Assembly (NCBI GenBank): GCA_002245135.1
Contig: NGBS01000882.1
Span: 124,001 to 188,000 of the forward strand
Direction of reading: 5' to 3'
DNA length: 64,000 nt
Origin: Proteromonas lacertae
Lineage: Eukaryota
Shown piece by piece: positions 42,041 to 54,166 of the stretch (positions are counted from its first letter, which is position 1; the number at the start of each line of letters is the position of its first letter). The position numbers and the translations under genes are program-made. The notes under the pieces were generated by a model. The model did not search any database. It was not told the origin of the DNA and was given only the letters and a program-made list of their open reading frames with translations.

Positions 42041-45000
42041 ATGAATAGAACTTCAATATCTATTGAGGCAAAAACTCCACAGTTTGATGGAGAGCAAAGT
42101 GTCAGAGATAGAAAAATAGATCCAGAAGAAGAGGCAAATAACGAAAGAATGAAAATGAATATAAAAAGATATGGCAAGCAAGGTATTTTTTCAGAGATGG
42201 GATCGCTTCATGTTGAAATTGCTACTAAAGCAAGAAGTCTGCGTTCTTCAATAGTGCAATTACTTCGTCTGAAAGATGTACAAAAGTTACAACAAGAAAG
42301 TCCAGATGACGAAATAAAAACAGATCAAATCTCAGATGAAGACCTTCGAACCATGATTGTTGATAATTTAGGTCAAGATATAGTCAACAGCATTGATGGA
42401 TCATACGCATACAATAAAAAGATAGAATCAATGAAACAAAAATTAAAAGAAAAGAAAGCTGTATGATTTATTTTTTTTATCAATTTATTTTATAGAAAAT
42501 AACAGATTTATGTGAACAAATCCGAAGTTTCACTGAAAGAATTACAGATTATGATTTAAAAGTCGATTTATTAAATCAAGAACTAGCCACTAGAACAAAA
42601 CAAATGGAAGAACATCGAGACAAATTTTACAAAGAATACATCTCATTACATACACTAGTTTTTGAGAAAAAATCAGATCCTGAACAATTGGTACCTCATG
42701 ATGCTTGGTTAAGAATTAATCATTTCTTAGATTTAGAAGATCATTCAGATAAATCGAGTAATGAAAAGACTTTATTTGATAAGAAATTTGAAGATGCACA
42801 AAAAGCTTATTCTGAGTTTATGGGTCAATCTTTGAGAGATAAAGAAGATATAAGAATCGAATATCAGAAACAAATTGATGCATTAAGAATTAAATTACAC
42901 CAGGAACAAAGAAAGAAACATAAAACACACGAAGAAGCTCATGAATATGCAAAACAGCAGGATGAAAATGAACAAAAACTGAATAAAGAGATTGTTGATT
43001 TAAAACATTCAATTCAAGCTGAAAGAGATATGTTTGCATTAAAACAGATAGAATGGAGTAAAGAAAAAGAGTTAATATTAGCAAGTGCACAAAATATGAA
43101 TAGTTTAGATAAAGAAGAAGCTCAGAAATTGAGAGATTCTTTTATGATTGCTATTGGTTCATATGATGATAAGATGTCTGATTTACAGAAGTTTTTGAAT
43201 AGGAAATTGACTGAATTTAATAATAAATTAATATCTTATGAAGATTCTGTTCATGATTTAGTGGAGAAAGAAATGAATCATCAGAAGTATAAGACCGATA
43301 CTGATAAAGCTGTATATATATATATAATTATATTATTGTTTATGTATTTGATTAGATGGCTGAAATGAAAGAAGAAGTAACAACAGTGAATAAATTACTA
43401 TTAGAAAAAACAGAAAATGAAAATCAATTGAAAAAAACAATCGATCAAATGCAAGCGAAGTTAATCAAAGCAAATAAAGCAGCCAATGCAGCTGCAAAGA
43501 AGAAAGAAAAAGAGAAAACTGCAACAGCAACCAAGGAAACTAATGATGAGAATAAAGCAGAATTAGAAAAGAAATATGAACAAGATTCAAAAGAGTTACA
43601 AATTGCTAAACAGAAGTTAGAGAATATGGATATGGAGATTAAACATATAAATGTATATATAATCATTTGTTTTCTTGATTATTATTATAATAGGCTCAAT
43701 GGAGAAATAGATTAGAAGATGAATTGAAAAAGAAAGAAAAAGAATCTCAAGAGGAGATTCAAGAATTAAAGAATGAATTAGCATGTATATATATATATTC
43801 ATATTTATTGATAGTTAAACAAGCAAAGAATGTAAGAGGTGGTGATGAATTAATTAGAATAAAGAATGACTATCAAATCTTAGAAACTGAAGTGTTTGAA
43901 TTAAGACAAATGAAATGTGATTATAAAGTCATTTTAGGTAGAGAAATTAGATATAAAAATGAAATTAATAATTATGGCTATTTGGAATTAGCTCATATTG
44001 AAGATGAGAAGATTAAAAGAATCAATAGCCAAATGGAAGCGTTGATTAATGTATATTGTACTCACATGGAAGATATAGAAAATACATATTCATTCTTAGA
44101 CGATATAAAGAAGAAGATAACAGATTTACAAAATGGAGATAATAGTGATAGTGAAGAAAATCAAGTGACATTACATCATTTAAAAATACTTAACAATTAT
44201 TGTGTAGCTAATGAGAATGATGTAAAAGTATCATTATATTCAACAACATTTGACAAACTCTCAAGCCTAATTCAGTTCAGAGATAAAGTAGTAAAAGAAT
44301 GTAAAGAAAATGAATTAATGTTTATTGAGGAATTACAATCAAAGATCTATCGTTGTAATCGATTAAAGAGAGATGATATATGTAAAACAGTTAAAAGAGA
44401 TTTACCTCCATATCCTATCATCTATGGAAGTCAAGAAAGTGTTAATGATATTGATATATATAGATATATTGAAGCTTTACATGATGCTCACATTGATTCG
44501 CATTTACAAGCCAATCAACGATTAAATGAAAGAATATTGATGTTACAAGAGGATATTTATAGTGTTAGAAAACCATATGATGTGAGTGACGATATTAAGA
44601 CAAAAATTGATGAAATTGTACCAAATAATCCAACAGAAATTGAATCAACTAAAAAGATTCAGCCAAAGAATAAGAAATTACATAAATCCTTTTATAAATA
44701 TGCTCCAGGACCATTCAAAGCTAAAACTGATAAGAAATATAGAAGAAAGAGATTATCGAAGATCAAAACTGATGATGATTCGTTATATAGAAGTAGTGTT
44801 GATAGTACAAGTGATGGTAATAATAATAAAGATAAAATAGTTGATATTCCTTCACAATTTGTAAATGGTACTTATAGTAATAGAAGCAGTATGTTAGGTA
44901 GTTCATATGCTGATAATTCATATGGTAATAATAATTCTAGTGGTTTTAATAGTCCAAATATGAGTGGAATACCTGAGAATTTTGATGAAAAAGCTGCTGA

Positions 45001-48000
45001 AGAATTATACTTTAGTTCAAGAAGTTCATCTCCAAAAGTAAAGTCACAACAATCACCAATTGCTTCGCCAAAAGAAGTTTTAACTAAATATTTACAAAAC
45101 AACAAAGAAATTGATAATTATAAAGATGAATTGAATGAATTAATCGAGGAAACGAACAATTTAGATAACACTTTGAGTGGTGAAGAATTAATAGTGGTTC
45201 AAAAGAGAATGAAAGAGTTACAAAGTAAAATTAGTTCTTTATCAGCTGATAATGTTGGTTTAGCACAAATTATGTGTAGTAGTCCATTACAATCAAATTT
45301 CTTAATAGCTACAGATCCAAAGATGAAGAAATATAAAGAGAATAAAGAGAAAGTTACGAAATTAGAAAAAGAATATGAAGAATTGAAGAAAGAAGAAGAA
45401 GAAATGAGTAAAAATATTGACAAAAATAACAACCCTGAAGAATTCAAGAAATTGGTAGAAAAGAGAAAAATAATTGAAGAGAAGAGAAAAGAAATTAATA
45501 AATTAGAAAGTGAAAATATGACAATTTTAACATCAACAGGAGGAATAGATCCAAAATATTTAGCCAAATCTCAAACAAACAATAAGAAAATAAATGAAAT
45601 AACAGAAAAAATACAGAAATTACGAAATGAATGTATGAATAGCAATGATCCAGAAGAATTGAAAAGAAAAGAAAAAGAAATTGAATCTTATACAAAAGCA
45701 GTTGAAAATTTACATAAAGAGAATAAAGAGTTACATAACAAAGTTGATTTAATAGCCAATAAACTATCCAACCAATTAGTAAATGAAATATCCAATGAAA
45801 AAGAAGCTGAAGAGTTTACAAAGAATAAGAAAATCATTGAAGAATATGAGAAAGAATTGAAAGAAGTTGAATCACAAATTGATCTTAATCCTGGTGATTC
45901 AAAAAATGAAGAAAGATTAAAGAAGTTAGAAAATATCAGAAGTTCAATGAAAAAGATTCAATCAATAAATCAAAACATATTAATAAATGCACATCAATCT
46001 CACAAACAGTTAGAAGATATGAAGAATTATAAGCAGAATAATCGTATTACCAAAGGTTATAGAAGACAATCAATGTTATCTTCTGAAAGTGGTAATAATT
46101 CATCAAGATCTCCCAGTCAAAGTCCTTCAATGTCCCCAAAAATGAATGGAATGAATTATGAAGAAGAAGAAGAAATAGAATATAAAGCAGATGAAAATGG
46201 TGGATATTTTACAATTGATGTTGAAGATGGAACAAGTTCAGTGGATGGTAATAGAAGAATAAGAAGAGCTCAAAGAGTGTCAACACTTAACAAAATGGGA
46301 TCTTTAGAGATTGGACCAAAATTAATGATGAAAGGACCTCCTATGAGACAAAGAATAAGTAGTAATGATAATGACAACAATGATAGTAACAATACAAATG
46401 ATAATAATATGAATACTATTAGACATAATATCAATAAAATGAGAGTGAAAAAGATAGGTAAAAAGAGTGTAAATGCAGTTATTAATACTAAAATGAATAT
46501 TGGAAACAGTCTATTAGATTCAATGAGTGAAATATTGAATAGTGAACATGATGGTAGTTATAAAGTATATGATAATTTTGAAAGTCATGTAAGTGATGAT
46601 TTGATGGATAATGATTGTTATTATATGGAATTCCAACCATTGAATTGTTATTATTTAGATGAATTAGAAGATGATGAAGAAATTCGTGAATTATTAGGTG
46701 GAATGAAAAATAGTGAATCTAAAGCGTATAAAGACTTATTAGATTTTAATGATGGTGTTGTAATAGAAAATAATAAAACTACAAAAGAATTACAAGTTGA
46801 AAATCGAAAATTAAAAGATAAATTGTCTTTATTAAAACACACATTAGCAGTTGCTTTATCTGAAAAATCAGCTCCAATAATCGATTCTCCAGCACATCGA
46901 AGATTAAAAGCTAAAAATGGAAATCGTCGAAATTCAACAAGTGTAGGAATGAGAAATAATAATAGTAATACAAATATGTATGGAAGTGATATAAATCTAT
47001 TAAACAGACGAGGTGGTAGAAGATATAAATATTTAGAAGATGTTGATGGAAATGGAATAAGATCATTTGAGAGTGAAAATGGAGTATCAAAATATGAAAA
47101 CCGAGTGGATGAATTAATCCAACAAAGTAGATCTGTTGATAATAATGGTGTTGAAGGTAGTAGATTAAAGAATGGAATATCTTATATTAACTTAGCAGAG
47201 AATAAAAATCATTTATATTTACCTGAACTTCCTGCTTGTGCTTCCACTGCTTCTATAAAACATCAAGATATTTCAACTCCAATTTATTCAACCAAAACAA
47301 TAAATGAACCATGTGTTGCTATTTCAACTGAAATATTGAATGTAAAAGCTGGTAAATTGGTAGGAAATAATCCAATTTCTCGAAGTGTATTAACTCCAAT
47401 CGAAGGTCGAAGTAGTCGTTATAATTATCCTCATCCTCCTGCTTCTTCAATTTGTCAATCACCAATAATAACATTACAACAAGAAATATTATCTCATCAA
47501 CAAATCCAACCTCCTCGTGAAAATCAACAATTACCATTACCTTCAACAAATACAACAACAGAAAATCCAAATTTAAATTCAAATATAATGAATAATACAA
47601 ATAATCAATTTTACAATCCATCCATTCCAATTCAATCTTCTATTCCAATTCAACAACAACAAATACAACAACAAAGATCATCTACTATGAAATCACCCAA
47701 GAATAAAGAAGAAATTAATAAAGAAGTAGAAAGTGAAACTCCTGTTTTATATAATGAAAGTTATAATAATTGTGAAAATACTTCAATTTATAGTTATCCT
47801 ACTCCTCAGCTGTATATCAACTCTTCTGATGTTAAATTACCTCCAAAATTACAATCTACATCTCCAATTCAACTACATAATGTGAATAGAAAGAAATATA
47901 ATCGTAAAGAAAGTAAACTAACCCCAATAACAAATGGGTTAAGAAGATTTGGATTTAGCAGTGATGTAGAAAGTGATTGTGAATTAGATTTTAGTATATC

Positions 48001-48028
48001 TAAAGATGATAAAGGTAAACCAATCTAA
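42041..48028 (+). CDS. Large coiled-coil / low-complexity protein, multi-exon
   Basis: ORFs at 42041, 42604, 43356 and 43724 are joined by short GT-AG introns; long E/K heptad tracts; no recognised domain. Confidence 0.7.
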
Positions 48029-48300
48029 TAAAGAGATAAGATTATTAAATAGTTAAAATTACTAGAACAGTTTATGTAATTTATATGTTTAATGTTAATA
48101 TTGTTGAATAATTTCTATATAATGTTTTGAACAGGGCTGTATAAAAATTATCAAGCTAAATGTATTAACATCTATTTTATTCCTGATGTTATCAACTCTC
48201 CATCCAGACATCTAGACACAATTAAATAATTAGTTATAATTGTACAAATTGTTTACAATTTGATAAATATCTATCCCGATAAGGAAGTGTCTAGAGATGG

Positions 48301-48917
48301 TGTTGTACTCCGTTGAGCTAATTGTGCCGTTGAGTGTTAAGAAGACTTTTTTCAATTCTAATATCATAAACGTAACCTCTGGCCCTTCAATATTACTAAT
48401 CAACGCTTTGTTTTCCAAAATAGTTACGTTGGCCTAATATCGTATATTCGTGTTTAGGTTCCTGTTCTGGAAACACTTTTTATTTTTATATTATTTTAAA
48501 AGCTTATAATAATAGTAGACATCGAGATAAAGGTTTTAAATAGAAAAGGAATACCTACTAATTGCATTTACCTGTTTAAAATTTATTTTTAAAAAACCGG
48601 CTTGAATGAGGCTTGAATAGATTTTTTATTCTTTCGTTTTTAAGTGTCTTAACATCTAAATATGTGTGATTTAATTGCTTAAACTAATGTATTTTTAACT
48701 CTAGTAGTGATTGAAGCAAAAAAATAAAAACTAAAATTATAATTGTTTTCAATATGTTGGGATAAAGTTCAAAATAATATATATCGCAGATGCAGCTTAT
48801 ATGACAAAGTAAGATTATATTTGCATATAACTCGCCATCAAACCACACACTATCATTTTAGAATTGAAAAAAGTCTTCTTAACGCTCAACGGCGCATTTA
48901 GCTCAACGGCGCATAAC
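48301..48917. mobile_element. Non-autonomous TIR element A (~620 bp, ~60-bp TIRs); right tip interrupted by element B
   Basis: Left tgttgtactccgttgagc...aagaagacttttttcaattcta is the imperfect reverse complement of tagaattgaaaaaagtcttcttaacgctcaacggc...cataac at 48859-48917; no TSD found. Confidence 0.75.
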
Positions 48918-49539
48918 TGTTGTTCCCCGTATGGCGGAAATCCCCGTATGGCGGAACTCTATATTGCAGAATGATTCAATCAAAACTAATATGATATTCA
49001 TGATGTTCGGAGTTAGTTATTAACAAATATATAGTTAGTTTGTCATATGACCTACATCTGTGATATACTTATTTATGAACTTCATTATTATCAATATTAA
49101 ACTAATTTTTGTATATTTTCTATTATAATGTATCAGTCACTACTACAGTCTAAAATACATTATCTGATATAAATAGAATTCACTATTTTTAATGTTAAGG
49201 AGGTTAAAAAAGAAAAAAGAAAAAATAAGTTCAAGCCTCGCTCAAGCCTGCTCTTTAATTTCCTTTTTTACTACCTTAACATTAAAATTATTGTATTCTA
49301 TTCATATCAGATAATGTATTTTAGACTGTAGTAGTGACTGATACATTAAAATAGAAAATATACAAAAATTAGTTTAATATTGATAATAATGAAGTTCATA
49401 AATAAGTATATCACAGATGTAGGTCATATGACAAACTAACTATATATTTGTTAATAACTAACTCCGAACATGATGAATATCATAATAGTTTTGATTGAAT
49501 CATTCTGCAAAATAGATTTCCGCCATACGGGGAACAACA
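48918..49539. mobile_element. Foldback MITE B (622 bp, ~275-bp TIRs, TGT...ACA ends, 6-bp TSD CATAAC)
   Basis: Starts tgttgttccccgtatggcggaa and ends ttccgccatacggggaacaaca; arms nearly identical; CATAAC at 48912-48917 and 49540-49545. Confidence 0.93.
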
Positions 49540-49704
49540 CATAACAACATATAATAAACAAACACCATTTCAATATATGATATTAATTTCATTAATTATT
49601 ATATTATAATTATCAATCTTCTTCATCCACATCTACTACGTCAAGCTTGTTATGTTTTAAAAGCATAATTAGCTGCTTTTTTTCGTATTCTTTTTTTTCT
49701 CTTT

Positions 49705-50117
49705 TGTTGTTCCCAGTATGGCGGAACTCTATATTGCAGAATTATTTAATCAAAACTAATATGATATTCATGATGTTCGGAGTTAGTTATTAACAAACAT
49801 ATAGTTAGTTTGTCATATGACCTACATCTATTATATACTTATTTATGAACTTCAATATCATCAATATTAAACTAATTTTCTTATATTTTCTATTTTAATG
49901 TATCAGTCACTACTACAGTCTAAAATACATTATCTAATATGAATAGAATACATTATTTTTAGTACCAGCTTTTTTATTTCTTTTTTACAGAAACTGTTAC
50001 TAAATTTATTGTAATATATTCATATTAGATAATAATGTATTTTAGACTGTAGTAGTGACTGATATATTAAAATAGAAAATATAAGAAAATTAGTTTAATA
50101 TAGATAATAATGAAGTT
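49705..50117. mobile_element. Second copy of the MITE B family, right arm truncated
   Basis: Starts tgttgttcccagtatggcggaactctatattgc (direct copy of the B left arm); inverted arm ~50010-50117 stops abruptly where a new tgttgt begins at 50118. Confidence 0.85.
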
Positions 50118-50460
50118 TGTTGTGCGTTTGTCTACCAGACACTTTCAAAACAAACTATATACATATTCTTACTTGTCTTGATGAAAAATTGTTACTTTTA
50201 TACTTACTTTGTCATATAACATACATCTATGAGTAACTATTAATTGTCATAATATTGAATAAAAACTATCAAAATATATTCTAGAAATTATGTATATTCC
50301 AAATTTTATGTTTTTATTGACATATAATGTCTAAATGAGAAGTGTCAGTTACACAGGAATTAAGAATTGTACCCCTTCTGACGTCATTTTTAATTTAAAA
50401 TTTCATTTTCTTCAACTTTTTTGTTTGTATGTTTTTTTGATTCAGTCAAAGAGAAAAAAT

Positions 50461-52739
50461 GAATTGCAGCAGAAACTTTGAAGAATGTTATAAAATTCTA
50501 TCAAGATAAGAAGATATTTCAAAAAAGAAAAATCAAGCTTGTCAAACTTGACAGTTTTTTTTTAATTTCAGAAAATCAAAATGTAAGCACTATATATATA
50601 TATATATATTATTATTATTATTATTATTATCAAAATATTTACTTTATATTATTTATAAACTGTATAATACTATCATGTACAGCGAAAGGTATAGAAGCAT
50701 CACTATTCTATGAAGATAAAGTAGATGTAATTGATTTTGGTGATAAATTTATTAACAGATAAGCTGAAAGCGCATTTTAATAGAAAATCGAGGTTTAAGA
50801 AGTCAAAGATTAACTAGGCCCAATTATAGAGTAGAAAAAATAATATATCAAATATACAGCAGAATAGTGTTGATTTAGACTTTAGGAGAAAAAATGTATT
50901 AATTAGAAGAAAAAAAGCTCAAGCTCAAGATTTAGATATTGGTTGAAGTATCACTTACCAATGAAGGATCAATTAAACCAAATGTAATAATTACTCCACC
51001 AAGGTGAATTAGATATAGAAGAAAGTGTAACAATCAAAGTATCTTATACAAGTTCAACTCTTGGTGAATTTAGTGATCATTTTGAATTTGCATTAAAAGG
51101 AGCAACTAATAATGTGGTATTAACAATAAAAGGACATGTAGTTGGTCCAACATTCTTCTTTAATAAGAATAAACTAGATTTTGGTATTGTAAGTTATGCA
51201 TTTTTAAACTCATCTGATTTGATATTAAGAAATACTTCCTCTGTTACATTTATATTCAATTTGCTAGTTTCTCAAGATGGTAATTACTTAAACAAAGAAT
51301 TCGAAATAATTCAAGCAGTAGCAACAGTATTACCAGAAGGAGAAGAGAAAATCAAAATCAATTTCATATCTCAAACAATAAAAGTATATGATTATTGTTT
51401 AGCAATTGATATTGAAAGTGTAGGTGAAGCTTTATTAACAATTCCAATAAGTGCTGAATGTCGAGTAGCTGAAGTAGAATTATTAGAAGAATCATTGAAA
51501 TATGGAGATTGTTATTTAAGATATACTTATTATCGAACTTTAACATTAAAGAATAAATCCAATTTAAGTGCTCAATTTGAAAACAGAACAAGATGAAAGA
51601 AGTAAATCGATTGGTAGTTATTTCCCTGATCCAGCTAAAGGTGTAATTGGACCAATGGCAACTCAAATGATTAAAGTTTAATTAAATCCTGAGAAATTAG
51701 GTGATATGAGAATTCCATTATATATTCAAATAATTGGCAGTCAATATCCTCCATTGGTATTAGTATTAGAAGCAAATGGACTTGGACCAGTGATAAAATC
51801 TACTTTAAATCATATAAAATTTGGTGATATAACTTGTTTAGATACTCATACAAAAGAATTTACAATAACTAATCCAACTTCAATTCCAGCTTTTTATAAA
51901 TTAGATTTTGAACGAGGATTTTATTTTAATACTGATATAGTTGATGGTATATTACAAAGTAAAGAATCTCAAAAGATAGTAGTTAGTTGTATGTTGGAAG
52001 ATGTATCAGCTTATAAAGATACAATATACATAGCAGCAACTGAAGGAGATAGTGCAATTCTTCCAGTTACAGCTAAATGTATAATAACAACAATATTTTG
52101 AGAAGATCCAGTAGATGTAATTGATTTTGGTGATCAATTCACAAACAGAACAATCGAAAGAGTATTTTTATTAGAAAATCGAGGTTTAAGAAGTCAAAGA
52201 TTAACTAGGATAAATCAAACTGCAGCAGAAAAAGAAAAATCTTTTAAAGCCAATAAATTAAAGATGGAAAGTGAAATGAATTCAAACCTTATGAAGTTAC
52301 ATTTACAATAACTCCCAATGTAATCGAATTAAAACCCAATACTGCTTGAAGTTTTGTAACATCTGGAAGTTGTGAAAAACCCTGTGAAATGATGAAAATG
52401 TTTTCTTGTTTGAGGAAATTTGATGGAGAAATAAGAAATAATGAAGCAAAAGAAACCGAAGTAAAAGTGATCTTTATGAATCCATTAATTCAATGTTCTG
52501 AAGAGAAAATCGAAGTTCAAAGTAAGACAGTTGTATTTAAGAATATATCAACATTGAGTTTAGATGTGATAATAAGTATAGCAGCTCCATTATTATTGAG
52601 TATGAATGAATTCCATTTAGAACCAAATGAATCAATGAATGTGACAGTGGAATTTGATCCAAATTATAAAGATGATAAAATCTCATGTAAAATAAATGGA
52701 ATATTGAATTTAAGATATGAAGATCATAATAATGAATAT
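50461..52739 (+). pseudogene. HYDIN: Decayed internal fragment of HYDIN (axonemal central-pair protein)
   Basis: LTIKGHVVGPTFFFNKNKLDFGIVSYAF...RNTSSV...QDG...KEFEI and further ASH/Ig-like repeats (IKFGDI.CL, IDFGD, VEFDP.YKDD); in-frame TAA/TGA stops (~51679, ~52100, ~52347) plus frameshifts; no start or end of the gene. Confidence 0.75.
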
Positions 52740-52841
52740 TAGGGTGAAATAGAACACTGTTCCATTTCACCCTATGTGTTTTTGATCCAAAAAAATAGCC
52801 GTTTCAATGTGTTCTATTTCACCCTATGGTTTTTTCACCCT
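52740..52841. repeat. Junction palindrome with iterated TTTCACCCT motif
   Basis: tagggtgaaat-a-gaaca-c-tgttc-c-atttcacccta (52740-52774), another gtgttctatttcacccta at ~52809-52826 and tttcaccct at ~52833-52841. Confidence 0.85.
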
Positions 52842-53202
52842 TAGAAACATAATTAGACAATAATAAATACATCAATCGATTTCTTTATTTATGCTGGGCT
52901 CATATATGCCCTTAGTTTGACTTTCTGATCATAATCGAAATCTAATTTTCTTAAAAAATTCAAAAACAATAATAGATAGGATGGCCACCATACTGTGTGA
53001 TATGACAACATGTGGTGACCATCCTATGTAATAAAAAACAAAACAAAAAAATGGAGTTCAAGTCAAATCTCGAAACGCATCTATTTTTCAATTATTGAAA
53101 TTTCTTATAAGACTTGCTATAATGCTAATTAATTATGTAAATTATGAAAACAACACTCCCACAGAAACACAATCTATCATTTGAACTAATTAGGACCAGA
53201 GA

Positions 53203-54004
53203 TTAATAATCATTTTGGTACTCTGGCTCCTCCTCCTCATCATCTACTATATATTGGGAGAAGTTATCATCATCATCATCTTCCTCTGTAGTACTATCTT
53301 CTTGTTTTTGGTTTTTGGTTGAAATGTTTTTTTGATTTATTTTCTTTCTTTTGAATCTTGGAGTTTTAGATGTACTGCACTTTCTTTTTGTGGATACCAC
53401 CTTTAACAACTTGTTGTTGTCATCATCATCATCATTATAATCATCATCATCCAGATTATCAAACAACGATGCTATAGAGACTTTACTACTTACCATACTT
53501 TCAGCAGTACTTCTGTAAACTATATCTCCTTTCGAATTCTTATTTTCTTCTTTTTCGCATTTTGCTAAATCGTTGTCACCGAAATGTATGATATACATAC
53601 AAGTCAGTTCCACCATGTCCTCCATTGCATGGTCAAGCATACGATCATACTATTGATTCAAAATTGAAATATATATTAAATGGATATACGATGCTTTTGT
53701 CCAGATCCTCTTTATACATGATATTACATAGCAGGACAGACATCAACACTCTAGACATCTTTAACCTTTCATGTCGATCATCAATCTTTTCAATTTCTGT
53801 GAATCTTTTGTACCATGTAGTGAAACGCCTTATACTGAAGTTACCATTCCAGCTATAGACATATAATAATATATTATACCTATAACGTTGCAAATCTTTC
53901 TCATGTTCTACAATCGTCTTAAAATTCTCACATAAAATTTTATATATGCTCGGATTTGGATCATTAATGAAGCTGTTTTTGTATAGTATCTTCCAGTTGC
54001 TCAT
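53203..54004 (-). CDS. Viral hypothetical protein with acidic tail; probably one gene split by an indel near 53645
   Basis: Adjacent same-strand ORFs 53645-54004 and 53203-53640, no introns. Confidence 0.55.
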
Positions 54005-54166
54005 AATAAGTGAATGAAAGGAAAATAACGTTGAACAATGAACAAATGTTATATGTATATATATATTTTTAAATGTTGTTATAAAGACATATAACTCTAT
54101 TAATTTAGATAATAATCATAATGAAATGAATTTCATTATTACTTTTGTTTTTTGTTTTTGGACCAT

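Noticed and set aside
44586..47630. Short antisense or alternate-frame ORFs inside long genes (also at 16383, 16817, 18821, 21936, 30792, 60067, 60875, 62395)
   Set aside because: Shadow ORFs of biased coding sequence with low-complexity F/L/I/S translations
1..48028. Stop codons created by polyadenylation (Blastocystis feature)
   Set aside because: Every host gene I could trace has an encoded stop; no clear case seen
48205..48300. Short inverted pair tctagacac / gtgtctaga
   Set aside because: Only ~9-10 bp with no TSD; may be an old element end but cannot be supported
48230..48418. 62-aa ORF as a transposase remnant
   Set aside because: Spans the TIR boundary, has a non-ATG start and no catalytic motif
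48301..50120. CRISPR array
   Set aside because: Repeats are long inverted arms with no regular repeat-spacer period, there are no cas genes, and the context is eukaryotic
51670..52360. Stop-codon reassignment suggested by in-frame TGA/TAA in HYDIN
   Set aside because: Other genes end normally at TAA or TGA, long ORFs have no internal stops, and frameshifts co-occur, so a pseudogene is simpler
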